Positions 63,901 through 64,000 of a DNA stretch of 64,000 nt are shown in pieces (position 1 is the first letter of the stretch; every line of letters begins with the position of its first letter). A program made the translations under genes and the position numbers. The notes beneath the pieces are model-generated. The model searched no databases and had not been told where the DNA came from. It worked only from the letters and a program-made list of their open reading frames with translations. Source of the stretch: Azolla caroliniana (lineage: Eukaryota; Plantae; Polypodiophyta); NCBI GenBank assembly GCA_043228905.1, contig JBHGNT010000011.1, forward strand, positions 1,860,001 to 1,924,000, in the 5' to 3' direction.

Positions 63901-64000
63901 ATATCATCCCCGGTGGTGTGTCCTTGAAACCCCAGAAGTGTCCACAAATCCTTGCGCGGAGGATCGTTTGGAGCGGTTACGCAAGATACAAGCGGATTTA
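60962..64000 (+). CDS. pol: Pol (PR-RT-RH-IN), -1 frame from gag, apparently open to the window end
   Basis: Canonical motifs in order; the ORF track reports no terminated ORF in this frame. Confidence 0.88.

Larger units (their letters stand above)
59431..64000 (+). mobile_element. Tcn1-like chromovirus G2, pol-containing copy with rearranged 5' LTR (runs off the window)
   Basis: U3 nearly identical to 21040-21260; R-U5 inverted at about 59652-59893; gag, PR (LLDSGA), RT (YLDD), RH (IEADASD) and IN follow. Confidence 0.95.

Overview
Land-plant nuclear DNA, probably a non-seed plant given the Tcn1-like and fungal-like gypsy families. Most of the window is nested LTR retrotransposons in three clusters: 1-18067, 18138-34772 and about 50161-64000. 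They include Ty1/copia families primed by tRNA-iMet, a chromovirus, a Tcn1-like self-priming chromovirus family, and a tRNA-Trp-primed non-chromovirus gypsy family. Between the clusters is an AT-rich island with a decayed LINE, two hAT-type non-autonomous elements (a third is at 56.1-56.9 kb), a 10-exon zinc-dependent alcohol dehydrogenase gene on the minus strand, and an intron-containing tRNA-Met copy. Most notable: (i) the Trp-primed gypsy family leaves 4-bp CCGG target duplications and has a candidate -1 frameshift after the protease; (ii) the Tcn1-like family has a Tf1-type self-priming signal and a GUUAAAC frameshift cassette, and occurs as a young RT-less deletion copy plus a pol-intact copy whose R-U5 is inverted exactly at the self-priming stem; (iii) a copia 3' LTR is a 223-bp fold-back palindrome; (iv) the ADH first exon lies in a hexamer repeat with several possible splice donors. 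All coordinates were read by eye and family names are motif-based, not from database searches.
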